From contig CAVRFW010000003.1 of assembly GCA_963720565.1 (NCBI GenBank), forward strand, positions 96,001 to 160,000: a stretch of DNA of 64,000 nucleotides. The letters are read 5' to 3'. Below are positions 38,025-47,965 of this stretch, one piece after another (the stretch's first letter is position 1; every line of letters starts with the position of its first letter). Origin of the DNA: Candidatus Bathyarchaeota archaeon (GTDB lineage Archaea; Thermoproteota; Bathyarchaeia; Bathyarchaeales; Bathycorpusculaceae). The translations under genes were made by a program, and so were the position numbers. Under the pieces are notes generated by a model that did no database searches, had not been told where the DNA came from, and saw only the letters and a program-made list of their open reading frames with translations.

Positions 38025-38396
38025 ATGGAACGCGCTAAAGTCATTAAGGACGAACTCATGGAGCGAGACACACGTTTTCTAGCAGTCTATGTGGAAGCTA
38101 AAAACTCGTGCCTCATCATGCTTAGCGAGAAAGAAGACCGATTGGGAACCTTAGCCATAGCCGTTCCCAAGCCCCAGGATATGCTTGGCCCAGTTACTTC
38201 GTCAGTGCTTGTAGGAAGCAAGAATGTTGTTTCAGCGAGGATGTTCGCTGAATTTGTAGCTTCCAAGAAAGGAAAAATCGCCATGGTTTCAGTCTATCTG
38301 GATAAGCTCGGTGAAATGCAGGCACAAACGATCTTTATGCACCTTATTGAGAAAGTTCTGCAAGCTGAAAGCGGCAAAGAGACCTCACTGGCATAA
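38025..38396 (+). CDS. Proteasome assembly chaperone 4 (PAC4/PSMG4)-like protein
   Basis: NS.LI....RLGTLAIAV....PVTSSVLVG......FAEFVASKKGKIAMVSVYL pattern resembles PAC4 by eye. Confidence 0.55.
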   Translation: MERAKVIKDELMERDTRFLAVYVEAKNSCLIMLSEKEDRLGTLAIAVPKPQDMLGPVTSSVLVGSKNVVSARMFAEFVASKKGKIAMVSVYLDKLGEMQAQTIFMHLIEKVLQAESGKETSLA

Positions 38397-38594
38397 TTGA
38401 CCTTTTAGCCAAACAATATTTTTAACATTAACTTTCATTTGCTACCAATTCCTGTAAAATGAGGGCACAATGCGCAAGATCGGGCTGCGCTAAATTCTTT
38501 TCCCATATCGCACTTGGAAGAGCTTCTAGCACGGAAACCAGCGGGCAGTCTCACATTTAAGACTGTGCAGCCTATTATGGGCAAGGCAAGTCAC

Positions 38595-39653
38595 ATGAAA
38601 AACACGCAGATGCTGATTGTTGACCCTCAAGAACCCGATCTTGAAAGAATACGCGTTGCTGCGAAACTAATTGCTCAAGGCGGCTTAGTAGCATTTCCTA
38701 CTGAAACCGTCTACGGTCTGGGTGCAAATGCATTGAATCCAGACGCCATTTTGGCGCTCTTTGAGGCGAAAAAAAGACCGCTAGATAACCCGCCTATAGT
38801 GCACGTTGAAAACATACAGGATGTTTACAAACTAGCTGAGTATGTACCGTCAAAAGCAGAGAAGCTTATGCGGAAATTTTGGCCAGGACCGCTGACGTTG
38901 ATTTTTCAACATTCCCAGATGGTTCCGAAGGTTACGGTTGCAGGGTTAGACACCGTTGCCATCAGGATGCCTAAACACAATGTTGCATTGACTCTGATAA
39001 GAGAAAGCGGATGTCCCATTGCGGCTCCCAGTGGAAACATTGCAGGAAGACCGAGCCCAACGTCAGCCAAGCACGTTTTTGAAGATCTTAATGGAAGGAT
39101 AGACGCAATCCTTGATAGCGGTCCAACACGAATCGGCGTGGAATCCACGGTGCTTGACATGACTGTGGACCCTCCAGTTGTTCTGCGTCCTGGAGGCACA
39201 CCCTTTGAAACTTTGAAGAAAATGTTTGACGTAAGGCTTCATCCATTCGTAGTTGCGGAGAAGGTTTTGTCTCTGAGTGAAGTCCGTTCTCCTGGGATGA
39301 TGCATAAGCATTACGCGCCGAATGCCGACGTAATCGTTGTTGAAGGTGCTATTCCAGCTGTAGTTACCAAGGTTAGAGAGCTAGCTGACTCATACAGACA
39401 GAAAGGCGCTAAGGTCGGAATTCTTGCCACCGACGAGACTCAAACAGCTTACGAGACTGATGTGGTCAAGTCCCTCGGAAGCAGATTCAACATGGATTTG
39501 GTTGCAAAGAACTTGTTCAGTTTTCTGCGCGAACTTGACGGTGCAGGCGTAAATATCATAATTGCTGAAGGCTTGTCCACGGAAGGTTTAGGTTTAGCAG
39601 TCATGAACCGACTTCGAAAAGCATCTGGATACAACATCATTAAGGCAGGATAA
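38595..39653 (+). CDS. sua5: L-threonylcarbamoyladenylate synthase Sua5
   Basis: VAFPTETVYGLG, KKRPLDNP, FWPGPLT, AAPSGN, GVESTV, SPGMMHKHYAP and MNRLRKA motifs. Confidence 0.96.
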   Translation: MKNTQMLIVDPQEPDLERIRVAAKLIAQGGLVAFPTETVYGLGANALNPDAILALFEAKKRPLDNPPIVHVENIQDVYKLAEYVPSKAEKLMRKFWPGPLTLIFQHSQMVPKVTVAGLDTVAIRMPKHNVALTLIRESGCPIAAPSGNIAGRPSPTSAKHVFEDLNGRIDAILDSGPTRIGVESTVLDMTVDPPVVLRPGGTPFETLKKMFDVRLHPFVVAEKVLSLSEVRSPGMMHKHYAPNADVIVVEGAIPAVVTKVRELADSYRQKGAKVGILATDETQTAYETDVVKSLGSRFNMDLVAKNLFSFLRELDGAGVNIIIAEGLSTEGLGLAVMNRLRKASGYNIIKAG

Positions 39654-39737
39654 AGCTGGGAAAAATTTATATTATTGGGATAGATGTTCCGTTTAGAATT
39701 CAACATATATTAAGTATTGGAAAAATTGGTGAAAAAT

Positions 39738-41420
39738 ATGTCTACAGGTGGAGGAACTGTTCCAGTTATAGTATTAAAAGAAGGTACAGGAAGAACAACG
39801 GGACGTGAAGCACTCAAGAATAACATAATGGCAGCAAAGATAGTTTCTGAAGCTGTAAAAACAACACTAGGTCCATCCGGAATGGACAAAATGCTTGTAA
39901 CCAGTTTTGGCGACGTCGCTATAACTAATGATGGCGCGACTATTATGAAGGAGCTTGACGTGCAGCATCCAGCAGCAAAGATGCTGGTTGAAGTTGCTAA
40001 GGCTCAGGACAACGAAGTAGGCGATGGAACAACAACTGCGGTGATTCTGGCTGGAGAATTGCTCTCAAAGGCGGAAGCCTTGATCGACCGAAACGTGCAT
40101 CCTACAGTAATTATCGAAGGCTACAAGAAAGCCAGCGACAAAGCTCAAGAAGTTTTAGACAAAATCGCCATTCCCATCAGCATTAATGATGACAAAACTC
40201 TGCGAGATGTTGCAATAACCTCTTTGTCAAGCAAGGGCATAAATGTGGCTGAAACGCATTTCGCCAAAATAGTTGTTGATGCAATCAAGCAGGTCGCTGA
40301 AGACGTAGGCGGAAAGTTGAAAGCTGATATTGACCTAATCAAAATTGTAAAGAAACATGGCAGAAGCTTGGATGAAACGGAACTCGTGAAGGGAATGGTA
40401 ATCGACAAGGAAATTGCCAGTTCACAAATGCCAAAGTTCATTGAAGGAGCAAAAATCGCGTTGCTTAATGAGAAGCTGGAGATCGAGAAAACCGAGTTTG
40501 ATGCAAAGATCAACATTGAGAGTCCAGATCAGATGAAGCTTTTCTTGGACGAGGAAGAGCGCATGCTTAAAGACATGGTTAGTGCGATCACGAAAGCCGG
40601 CGCTAACGTGGTATTCTGCGAGAAAGGAATTGATGACATGGCGTTACACTTTTTGGCGAAGGCAGGTGTATTAACGGTTAAAAGTGTAAGCAGTAGCGAC
40701 ATGGAAAAGTTATCCAGAGCAACTGGCGGCAAAATATTGGCAAGCATTAAAGATTTGTCTGCCGATTCTCTTGGAAAGGCCAAAAAGGTTGAAGAGGTCA
40801 AGATTGGAGACGACAAACTCATTTACGTACGTGACTGCAAAAACCCGAAAGCTGTAACAATAGTAATTAGAGGAGCTTCAAACCATGTGATTGATGAGGC
40901 TGAAAGATCCTTGCATGACGGCTTGTGTGTAGTTAGGAATGCAGTGGAAGATGAAAAGATAGTTGCAGGGGGCGGAGCACCAGAGGCGGAAGTGGCAAAG
41001 AACCTGAGGAATTACGCTGTGAAGGTCGGGGGACGTGAACAGTTAGCTATTGAAGCTTTCGCAGAAGCTGTTGAGGTCATTCCATTAACGTTGGCTGAAA
41101 ACGCTGGGTTAGATCCTATTGACATAATGGTGGCGTTAAGAGCCAAGCATGAAGATCCGGACAACAAGTACTTTGGCATAGAGATTCCCACAGGCAAAAT
41201 CAAGAATATGCTCGACTTAATGGTTGTTGAGCCATTGCGCGTTAAGTTGCAAGTCATGAAATCAGCTACAGAAGCAGCAAATATGATACTGAAAATTGAC
41301 GATTTGATATCCGTCAAAGGCGGCGGAAAAATGCCTCCAATGCCATCTGGAATGCCCCCTGGTATGGGTGGTATGGGCGGAATGGGTGGTATGGGTGGCA
41401 TGGGCGGAATGCCCTACTAA
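39738..41420 (+). CDS. ths: Thermosome (group II chaperonin) subunit
   Basis: [25 protein letters not shown] and GGGAPE motifs; Gly-Met tail. Confidence 0.97.
   Translation: MSTGGGTVPVIVLKEGTGRTTGREALKNNIMAAKIVSEAVKTTLGPSGMDKMLVTSFGDVAITNDGATIMKELDVQHPAAKMLVEVAKAQDNEVGDGTTTAVILAGELLSKAEALIDRNVHPTVIIEGYKKASDKAQEVLDKIAIPISINDDKTLRDVAITSLSSKGINVAETHFAKIVVDAIKQVAEDVGGKLKADIDLIKIVKKHGRSLDETELVKGMVIDKEIASSQMPKFIEGAKIALLNEKLEIEKTEFDAKINIESPDQMKLFLDEEERMLKDMVSAITKAGANVVFCEKGIDDMALHFLAKAGVLTVKSVSSSDMEKLSRATGGKILASIKDLSADSLGKAKKVEEVKIGDDKLIYVRDCKNPKAVTIVIRGASNHVIDEAERSLHDGLCVVRNAVEDEKIVAGGGAPEAEVAKNLRNYAVKVGGREQLAIEAFAEAVEVIPLTLAENAGLDPIDIMVALRAKHEDPDNKYFGIEIPTGKIKNMLDLMVVEPLRVKLQVMKSATEAANMILKIDDLISVKGGGKMPPMPSGMPPGMGGMGGMGGMGGMGGMPY
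41361..41412 (+). repeat. Coding 9-bp tandem repeat (GGM)n in the thermosome tail
   Basis: GGTATGGGTGGTATGGGCGGAATGGGTGGTATGGGTGGCATGGGCGGAATG encodes [17 protein letters not shown]. Confidence 0.9.
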
Positions 41421-41447
41421 TCTCTTTTCTTTTTGATTTTTGTTTTT
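41421..41447 (+). terminator. Oligo-T terminator after the thermosome gene
   Basis: TCTCTTTTCTTTTTGATTTTTGTTTTT immediately after the stop. Confidence 0.6.
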
Positions 41448-41705
41448 AGATAATTAGCTTTGTTAGACTAACGCGTACCTGCACTTCCTCGCATAATTAT
41501 CAGAAAAATTGTCGTGGCTTCCCAACTTGTGAAGCTGAAATTTAGTATATGGCTATGACCAATCTGAGCGTAGCATGAAGCTTGGAAGATCCTGAACATG
41601 CAGATAGTATACTTGTCTTCGCTTTTTTTCATTTGCTTTATCCCTCTGATATTTATAGCCTGCTAAGCTCACTACTACCACTCTAAACAGAGGTTAAGCG
41701 GTAAA

Positions 41706-42368
41706 GTGAAGGATAGGAAAGCATCAGAGATTCTTCATGTTCTCCGACAGACTATTGCTATGCCGAATTCTGCAAAATCGGCAAGCAATGCATTTGAAAC
41801 ATTGATAGCAACTATTATTTCACAGAATACCAACGACAGAAACACCGAAAAAGCCTTCAGCTATCTTTCGAAGCAATTCGAAATCAAACCAGAAGTATTA
41901 GCGAAAGCAGAAACGTTCCAACTTGAAGATTGTCTTCGCGTGGGTGGTCTTTACAAGAACAAAGCCAAGACAATAAAACAGGTTTCTAGAATAATCGTCG
42001 AGAAGTTTCACGGTTCATTAGACTGCGTCTTGTCATTGCCGTTTGAGGAATCAAGAAATGAACTCATTAGTCTTCCTGGAATAGGTCCCAAGACGGCTGA
42101 TGTTGTGTTGCTTTTTGTAGCGGGACAGCCGACAATACCTGTGGATACTCATGTAAATCGAGTTGCAAAACGCCTAGGTTTTGCGCCTGAGACAGGCGAT
42201 TACGAAGCTGTGCGTATGAGTCTTCAATCACTCTACGAACAAAGTGAATACTTAGACGTACACGTAGTGCTGATTGCACATGGACGAAAACACTGCAAAG
42301 CTAGACATCCATTATGTGAGTTATGCCCAGTGAAAATGCATTGCCCTTCAAGAGGACTGTGTGATTAG
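41706..42368 (+). CDS. nth: Endonuclease III (HhH-GPD glycosylase, 4Fe-4S)
   Basis: IISQNTND, LPGIGPKTA, PVDTHV.R and C-terminal CKARHPLCELCPVKMHC motifs. Confidence 0.93.
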   Translation: MKDRKASEILHVLRQTIAMPNSAKSASNAFETLIATIISQNTNDRNTEKAFSYLSKQFEIKPEVLAKAETFQLEDCLRVGGLYKNKAKTIKQVSRIIVEKFHGSLDCVLSLPFEESRNELISLPGIGPKTADVVLLFVAGQPTIPVDTHVNRVAKRLGFAPETGDYEAVRMSLQSLYEQSEYLDVHVVLIAHGRKHCKARHPLCELCPVKMHCPSRGLCD

Positions 42369-42370
42369 GC

Positions 42371-44299
42371 ATGATTGAACTTCCACTGGAAGTACAGCAC
42401 TATTTTCCTTATGATAGCGTACGCCCTAGGCAAGACCAATTTATTAACACTGTGTTTAATGCGGTTCGCGATCGTAGATCCGTTCTCATTGAAGGAAGCA
42501 ATGGCCTAGGAAAGACAATATCAGCGCTTTCCGCTTGCCTTCCAATAGCCGTTGAAAAAGGCCTCAAAATACTGTACGTTGCTAGAACTCACCGGCAGCA
42601 TGATCGCGTGATAGAAGAACTGAGAGCTGTTTTCAAGAAGTATTCCGTCTCAGGGATATCCCTTCGGGGACGCCACGAAATGTGCCTAAACACTTTCGCT
42701 TCAAAAGACAACTTCGACGCGAAATCACTCATGGAAGCTTGTGAACTGCTGAAAACTAGAGGAAGATGTCCCTTCTACAAGAACTCAGACGAACAAACAT
42801 ACGAGTACCTTCAGCTCCAGCAGCAGATAGCCACTCGTCCTTACAAAGCCTCTGAAATCCAAAGAATTTGCCGCAAAAAACAAGTTTGTCCTTACGAGCT
42901 TGCGAAAGCTTCATTGTCAGACATCGAGGTAATAGCGCTTAGCTACCTTTACGTCTTCGATCCTGCTATTCGCACCGCTTTTCTCAGAAACCTAAACTCT
43001 CAATTGCAGAAAATCATACTAGTCGTTGATGAAGCCCACAACCTCCCTGAAACAGCCATAGATATTTCGAGCAGCACCCTATCCCTGTTCGTTATTAAGC
43101 AGGCGGAACTCGAAGCTAGAAGATTTGGGAATAAGGAGGTCGAGTCTTTTGTCAATTTTTTCAGAAATGAAATCGAAAGAATGACTGAAGGAATAGGCAA
43201 AGAGGAAATAGTTCCTCCCGAGTCCCTGCTTGAAATCATTCAAAAACAAGGCAACATAGCAAAACCCAGAGAGTACGTGGAACGACTTCATGAAGTTGGC
43301 GTTTCCGTACGAAAGAGCCTATTGGGGGAGGGAAAAAACCCTCGCTCGTACATCCATGGCATGAGTGAATTCCTACTCCGATGGCTCGATACACTCGGTG
43401 ATGAATCATTCATACATGTCGCCAGCAAGTATTTTACCCGAGAAGGCGGGAAAACGGCAAAGTTAGAAGTAGTAGCGTTGGATCCATCAAAAGTCACTGC
43501 TCCTGTTTTCTCAAACACGTATTCCAACATAATTATGTCTGGCACGCTTCAACCATTACAAGCTTACGCGAGGATAACTAAACTCCCGGAAAATACAGTG
43601 CAGTGTATTGTGCCTTCTCCTTTTCCTAAAGAGCATGTGCTCTCACTCGTCTGCCTCGGCATAACAACTGCTATGGAAAAAAGAACATCCGCTATGTATC
43701 AAATGATAATAAAGAGAATAAACGAGGTTGCAGAAAACACTCCTGGAAACACCGGCATTTTCGCTGCTTCATTCGAAGTTCTGAATTCTTTGGTTGCAGA
43801 AGGATTAGAAGACGCTTTGGACAAACCGTTGTTTCATGAGAGAAGAGGCATGAGTTCTAAGGAAAACGAGACAATGGTCGCTGAGTTCAAAGATTGCGGA
43901 GACAATACGGGAGCGGTCTTTTTAGGCGTTCAAGGGGGACGGACTTCAGAAGGTGTGGATTTTCCTGGAAATCAAATGAATTCTGTCCTAGTTGTGGGCG
44001 TTCCCTATGCTGAACCTACGCCAAGGGTGAAGGCGCAGATAAGCTATTATGAAAAACGTTTTCCAGAATTAGGACGGGAATATGGCTATGTACTTCCTGC
44101 TATGAAGAAAGCCTCCCAAGCCGCTGGGCGCCCCATTCGGACGCTGGAGGATCGAGGCGCAATAGTGTTCTTAGACTACCGTTTTGCTACGGGATACTGC
44201 CGAAGTTTTCTTCCGGCATGGATAAATAGTGGCTTGAAGATTGTGCCATTTGCCGACAAAGTCCTATCTCAAGAAATCCGCGATTTTTTCAAACTCTAA
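42371..44299 (+). CDS. xpd: XPD/Rad3-family Fe-S DNA helicase
   Basis: Q motif RPRQ, GLGKT, Fe-S Cys residues, DEAHN, SGTL, SEGVDF and QAAGRPIR motifs. Confidence 0.93.
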   Translation: MIELPLEVQHYFPYDSVRPRQDQFINTVFNAVRDRRSVLIEGSNGLGKTISALSACLPIAVEKGLKILYVARTHRQHDRVIEELRAVFKKYSVSGISLRGRHEMCLNTFASKDNFDAKSLMEACELLKTRGRCPFYKNSDEQTYEYLQLQQQIATRPYKASEIQRICRKKQVCPYELAKASLSDIEVIALSYLYVFDPAIRTAFLRNLNSQLQKIILVVDEAHNLPETAIDISSSTLSLFVIKQAELEARRFGNKEVESFVNFFRNEIERMTEGIGKEEIVPPESLLEIIQKQGNIAKPREYVERLHEVGVSVRKSLLGEGKNPRSYIHGMSEFLLRWLDTLGDESFIHVASKYFTREGGKTAKLEVVALDPSKVTAPVFSNTYSNIIMSGTLQPLQAYARITKLPENTVQCIVPSPFPKEHVLSLVCLGITTAMEKRTSAMYQMIIKRINEVAENTPGNTGIFAASFEVLNSLVAEGLEDALDKPLFHERRGMSSKENETMVAEFKDCGDNTGAVFLGVQGGRTSEGVDFPGNQMNSVLVVGVPYAEPTPRVKAQISYYEKRFPELGREYGYVLPAMKKASQAAGRPIRTLEDRGAIVFLDYRFATGYCRSFLPAWINSGLKIVPFADKVLSQEIRDFFKL

Positions 44300-45412
44300 C
44301 CTGATGTGTTGTCATATGGAAGCATAATTGAAGTCTCTCTAAAGTCTTCATCCAACGTTATCTTGCCGAATGTAATAATCGCTGGTTTCTCGGAGACTGA
44401 AGTAAGCACTCGTAACGTCTTCCTGGCTAAGTCAACATTGATTAGTATTCCTATTCCTAAAAATCGTCGATGACTGTTCTGTAGCCCCAGCAGCAGCCCT
44501 TTTTCTTCCTTTAGCTTGTTTGCCATAGCATTTTCCTTTTCAATTTTCAGATAGTTTAATGGCATAGCCCTAACTTTGGCGCCAGCAAGATATTTCGCGT
44601 AGTTAAGATCCCTTAGGTTTTTGCGCTTTGCCGTGTCACGTTGCTTCGCCACCTGAGGAGATTCTAAAATTATTGCTGTAAATTTCTTCAGGGCAGTGAT
44701 TAAAGGCTGCAACTCATCTTTCTGCTGAACAAAGAATACAACATCCGGCTCCAGCTTTTCAGCAAGCTTCACTTTGTATTTCAGAGCTTCTTCTCCTTCT
44801 ACCCAACCATCAGTATTTATTATAACAAAATCCGTCGACTCATTTGTGAATCTCTGATTTCATCAAAATCATGCCTTCCAAAATCTTGTCCAGCGCACCG
44901 TTTGGTGAGGTGGATCCTACAAAGAAACCGTTTCTCAACTTTATGTTGTACATCTCCGTAAGAGGTTCAGAAACAAAGGCATAGCTAACTGTGCATGGTG
45001 GACCTATTTCCGTCTGGCCCAAGTCACCGTCCAAAATAGCTACTCTTTGTTTATGGCTAAATAGCCTGTTGACAAGGTATGTGCAGAAGCTCGTTTTTCC
45101 GGAGTCGGTTTTTCCAATCACCATGTTAACCACAGGTCTTTTCAGGAGTTGTATCAGCCTTCCAAACGTCTCAACCCAAGAAGACGGTACCGTATCACCC
45201 TCGACTTCCTTAACACTCGCGTTTTCTCCTAGCGAAATACTAAGGTTTGACGTTTCTTCTGCGAAGAAAGGCAGTCGTTTTCCTTCTCTGACTACAATTC
45301 TGTGATCTTTTCTAACACACATGCCGAAAACTTCAACCTTGCCGGAAGTAACCGTGACGGCAGCAGGTCCGTCAACTAAGAGAGTTTTTCCTTCCTCAAC
45401 TTTCTGATTCAT
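44296..45412 (-). CDS. Clp1/Grc3-like polynucleotide 5'-kinase (apparent +1 insertion near 44848)
   Basis: GKTDSGKTS P-loop and DGDLGQTEIGPP; after the shift INTDGW and RKNLR lid motifs continue into ORF 44296-44772. Confidence 0.85.
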
Positions 45413-46043
45413 CGGATCGTCTCCGCAAATAGACCTGCCCTGATCTGCCGGCTATCCGCGTGGCTGAAGCAATGTCCCTGAGCCCTCTTCTATGCTTTTC
45501 ATTGCTGCTGGCGCGGTTTGTTCCTGCTTCGCTAACAACCTCCAAAACAATTCCGGATGGCAGATCAGCGTTAAGAGTCGCCAACAACTCTTTGTGTGCT
45601 GGAACACCATTTCCTATCTTCACTGTGACTTGAGTCGATGAGGGGTCAACATGTCTTAGAAGTCTCTTTATGCTGTTGGAAACTTCCAAGGTGCTGAAGC
45701 AGTTTTCCGTTTCGCTAATTTTTCCGTCTGTTATTATTGCCAATCCACAAACATCGCCTGGATCTATACCTATTATGATTTTGTCGTAGGATTTTTTCCC
45801 TTCCAAAATCTTGATTGTCTCATCAAACACAGTCTCCGGTTTTGCGTCCGAATCGCATGTGAGGATTTTTTCGTGTTTTATGAGGTGCTTCTCTTCCTCA
45901 GTAGTTATTACTACCTTGATGTCAGTAGGCACTGTCTCGCCAGGTATTAGACTTAGGAAAGGGATATTTTTCTCTTTCAACTTGTTCACTACTAAGAAGT
46001 AAGTTTTGCCCTGAACCGTTGCGACTGCAACCTTTGTATTCAT
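45396..46043 (-). CDS. Hypothetical protein with RNase H-like (RuvC/YqgF-type) domain
   Basis: IIIGIDPGDVCGLAII, VKIGNG, VSEAGT and DIASATRIA: acidic catalytic-like pattern; overlaps the Clp1-like gene. Confidence 0.7.
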   Translation of the reverse strand: MNTKVAVATVQGKTYFLVVNKLKEKNIPFLSLIPGETVPTDIKVVITTEEEKHLIKHEKILTCDSDAKPETVFDETIKILEGKKSYDKIIIGIDPGDVCGLAIITDGKISETENCFSTLEVSNSIKRLLRHVDPSSTQVTVKIGNGVPAHKELLATLNADLPSGIVLEVVSEAGTNRASSNEKHRRGLRDIASATRIAGRSGQVYLRRRSDESES

Positions 46044-46108
46044 ACAGCTTCCTATACAAATATACGTGTGAATGCAAAACAGATTATTAATTCCGCAGTT
46101 AATAATCC

Positions 46109-46816
46109 TTGATGTGTGTTGGCGTGATTAAGATTTCAACAGGATGTCGGTGCATCGACAGCAGCCTTGAGGGGGGAATATCCCCTGGAAGCTTGTTGCT
46201 TGTCTACGGTGAGCCAGAAACTGGAAAAACCACATTGGCGATGCAGTGTGCGGTTAGCTGTGCCTTGCAAAACTTCAAAACCTTATTCGTGGATTGCGAT
46301 AACAGTTTCGCCCCCAAACGTTTGTCGCAAGTAGCTGACGGAAAATTCGAAGAAATTGCCGACCACATTATACTGGTGAAGCCAATTGATTTTGGAGAAC
46401 AAGAAGCGGTCATAGATCGACTCGCCGAATACACTGCCAAAAACTTCGGGCTGGTTGTGATTGACACGGTCACTTCTCTATACCGTGTCAAAGTTGCAGA
46501 GAATTCGGGGAGAGCATTCGGAATTAACCGTGAGCTGAACAGACAAATGGCTATTCTAGCCCAAACCGCAAAAACCCAAAAAATACCCATGGTTGTGACG
46601 AGTCAGGTCAGAAGCGTTTTCGACGACTCTTATGTTAGTGTTGCACCCGTTGCCACTAGAGTTTTAAAATTCTGGGCTGATACAATAATTGCCATGAAAC
46701 CCGCTGAAAACCCTCAGATGATAAAAGCAGTAATTGAAAAGTTGAGAACACCAACTCAAGAAATCTCCTGCGACTTGATAATAGAAGAAACTGGAATACG
46801 CGATTATCAATTCTAG
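46109..46816 (+). CDS. radB: DNA repair protein RadB (RecA family)
   Basis: STGCRCIDSSLEGG, YGEPETGKTT, VVIDTVTSLYR and TSQV motifs; lacks the RadA N-terminal domain. Confidence 0.85.
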   Translation: MMCVGVIKISTGCRCIDSSLEGGISPGSLLLVYGEPETGKTTLAMQCAVSCALQNFKTLFVDCDNSFAPKRLSQVADGKFEEIADHIILVKPIDFGEQEAVIDRLAEYTAKNFGLVVIDTVTSLYRVKVAENSGRAFGINRELNRQMAILAQTAKTQKIPMVVTSQVRSVFDDSYVSVAPVATRVLKFWADTIIAMKPAENPQMIKAVIEKLRTPTQEISCDLIIEETGIRDYQF

Positions 46817-46830
46817 TATTGGTTGATCAT

Positions 46831-47325
46831 ATGGAAATAGGATTCCTGATTATTGAGGCATTGAAATTCATATTCCCCGCATATTGCGCAAACGGCGCTC
46901 CAGTGCTCGCAGGCGGGGGGCTTCCGTTGGATTTTGGCAAAAACTTTCTTGATGGAAAGCGTATTTTTGGCAAAAATAAAACATTCAGAGGATTCTTCTT
47001 TGGTCTTTTGATAGGTGGGTTGGTTGGGTTAGTAGAGGTCGGTCTTTTTGGTTATCCTGTACTTTTCAGCTTCGTCTCGCCTTTTGGTGCCCTTATGGGC
47101 GATTTGGCGGGTGCTTTCCTTAAAAGGAGGCTGAACATTTCTCCTGGTGGTTTGCTCCCCGTTATCGATCAGATTGACTTCGTAGTTGGCGCAGTGGTCT
47201 TCTCTTTGCCCTTGTCTATTGTGAGCTGGCAGTTGGCAGCAGTGGTCTTGATAATCACTCCTCCCATTCACCTGTTCACTAATTACTTGGCTTATAGACT
47301 AAAGTTGAAAAGCAATCCTTGGTGA
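46831..47325 (+). CDS. carS: CDP-archaeol synthase CarS
   Basis: PAYCANGAP, DGKRIFGKNKTFRG, GDL.GAFLKRR, DQIDF, TPPIH and C-terminal PW motifs. Confidence 0.93.
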   Translation: MEIGFLIIEALKFIFPAYCANGAPVLAGGGLPLDFGKNFLDGKRIFGKNKTFRGFFFGLLIGGLVGLVEVGLFGYPVLFSFVSPFGALMGDLAGAFLKRRLNISPGGLLPVIDQIDFVVGAVVFSLPLSIVSWQLAAVVLIITPPIHLFTNYLAYRLKLKSNPW

Positions 47326-47331
47326 ATGCTA

Positions 47332-47748
47332 CTATCCGCCTTTTATCTTGATTGCAGCCTCTATGAAAATGTACGCGAGAAGTAGGAGCGACGCGCCAAT
47401 AACGACCATCATGTAAGCTTGCCGTGGCTTGTAGGCGTACTTTGTGCTTGTATAGATTGCAAGCAAACCTGCAAAACCGATGGCGTAAAGCACGGCGGAG
47501 ATTATGGTGTCGGATATGAATTGTTCTCCGAGCTCGGGATAGAGAAAGTAGAATACGCCATTGTAATAGGCTGACGGGAGCGGTTGGGAGATGATAGTCA
47601 GCAATCCTCCACCAAAAAGAAATATTGTGTAGCCGAGTAAGAGTGCTGTTACCACGAAGGTTGAGGGCTTTGCCGTGGAAATTCTCCGGAACCATCCGCC
47701 CATTGAATACGACGCTGAAGAGGCGCCCTTCTTAATTTTTTTAGACAC
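47332..47748 (-). CDS. Three-TM protein resembling OST3/OST6-family TM domain (OSTC/DC2-like)
   Basis: PST.V..L....IFLFGGG....I.QP, FLY....QFI.D.I....LY.IGF.GL and IG..LLLL.Y......KIK pattern matches OSTC/DC2 as recalled. Confidence 0.6.
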   Translation of the reverse strand: MSKKIKKGASSASYSMGGWFRRISTAKPSTFVVTALLLGYTIFLFGGGLLTIISQPLPSAYYNGVFYFLYPELGEQFISDTIISAVLYAIGFAGLLAIYTSTKYAYKPRQAYMMVVIGASLLLLAYIFIEAAIKIKGG

Positions 47749-47965
47749 TTTTTGCTACCTCATTATCAATTAAGTACTTTGCTACTTCTTTAGCCCATTC
47801 TCCTGTTAATGAATTTTTCTCAATCTCACTTAAATATTCTTCCCAAGAGAGTCCGAGTGCCTTCTTCCAAACATCATAACTATTGGCTACGCTTTGGTAT
47901 GCCTTAAAGTGGAAGATGCAGAAATCTACTTTGTCGGTCTCTCTATTGCATACTTTGCATTTCAA
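47741..47965 (-). CDS. Small zinc-finger hypothetical protein
   Basis: CKVC...FCIFH motif then a helical region (W..YL.EI..N..TGEW.KEV); TTG start overlaps the topA stop. Confidence 0.65.
   Translation of the reverse strand: MKCKVCNRETDKVDFCIFHFKAYQSVANSYDVWKKALGLSWEEYLSEIEKNSLTGEWAKEVAKYLIDNEVAKSV

Noticed and set aside
41361..41412. Tandem repeat as a CRISPR array or VNTR
   Set aside because: It is the ordinary coding (GGM)n chaperonin tail, with no spacers.
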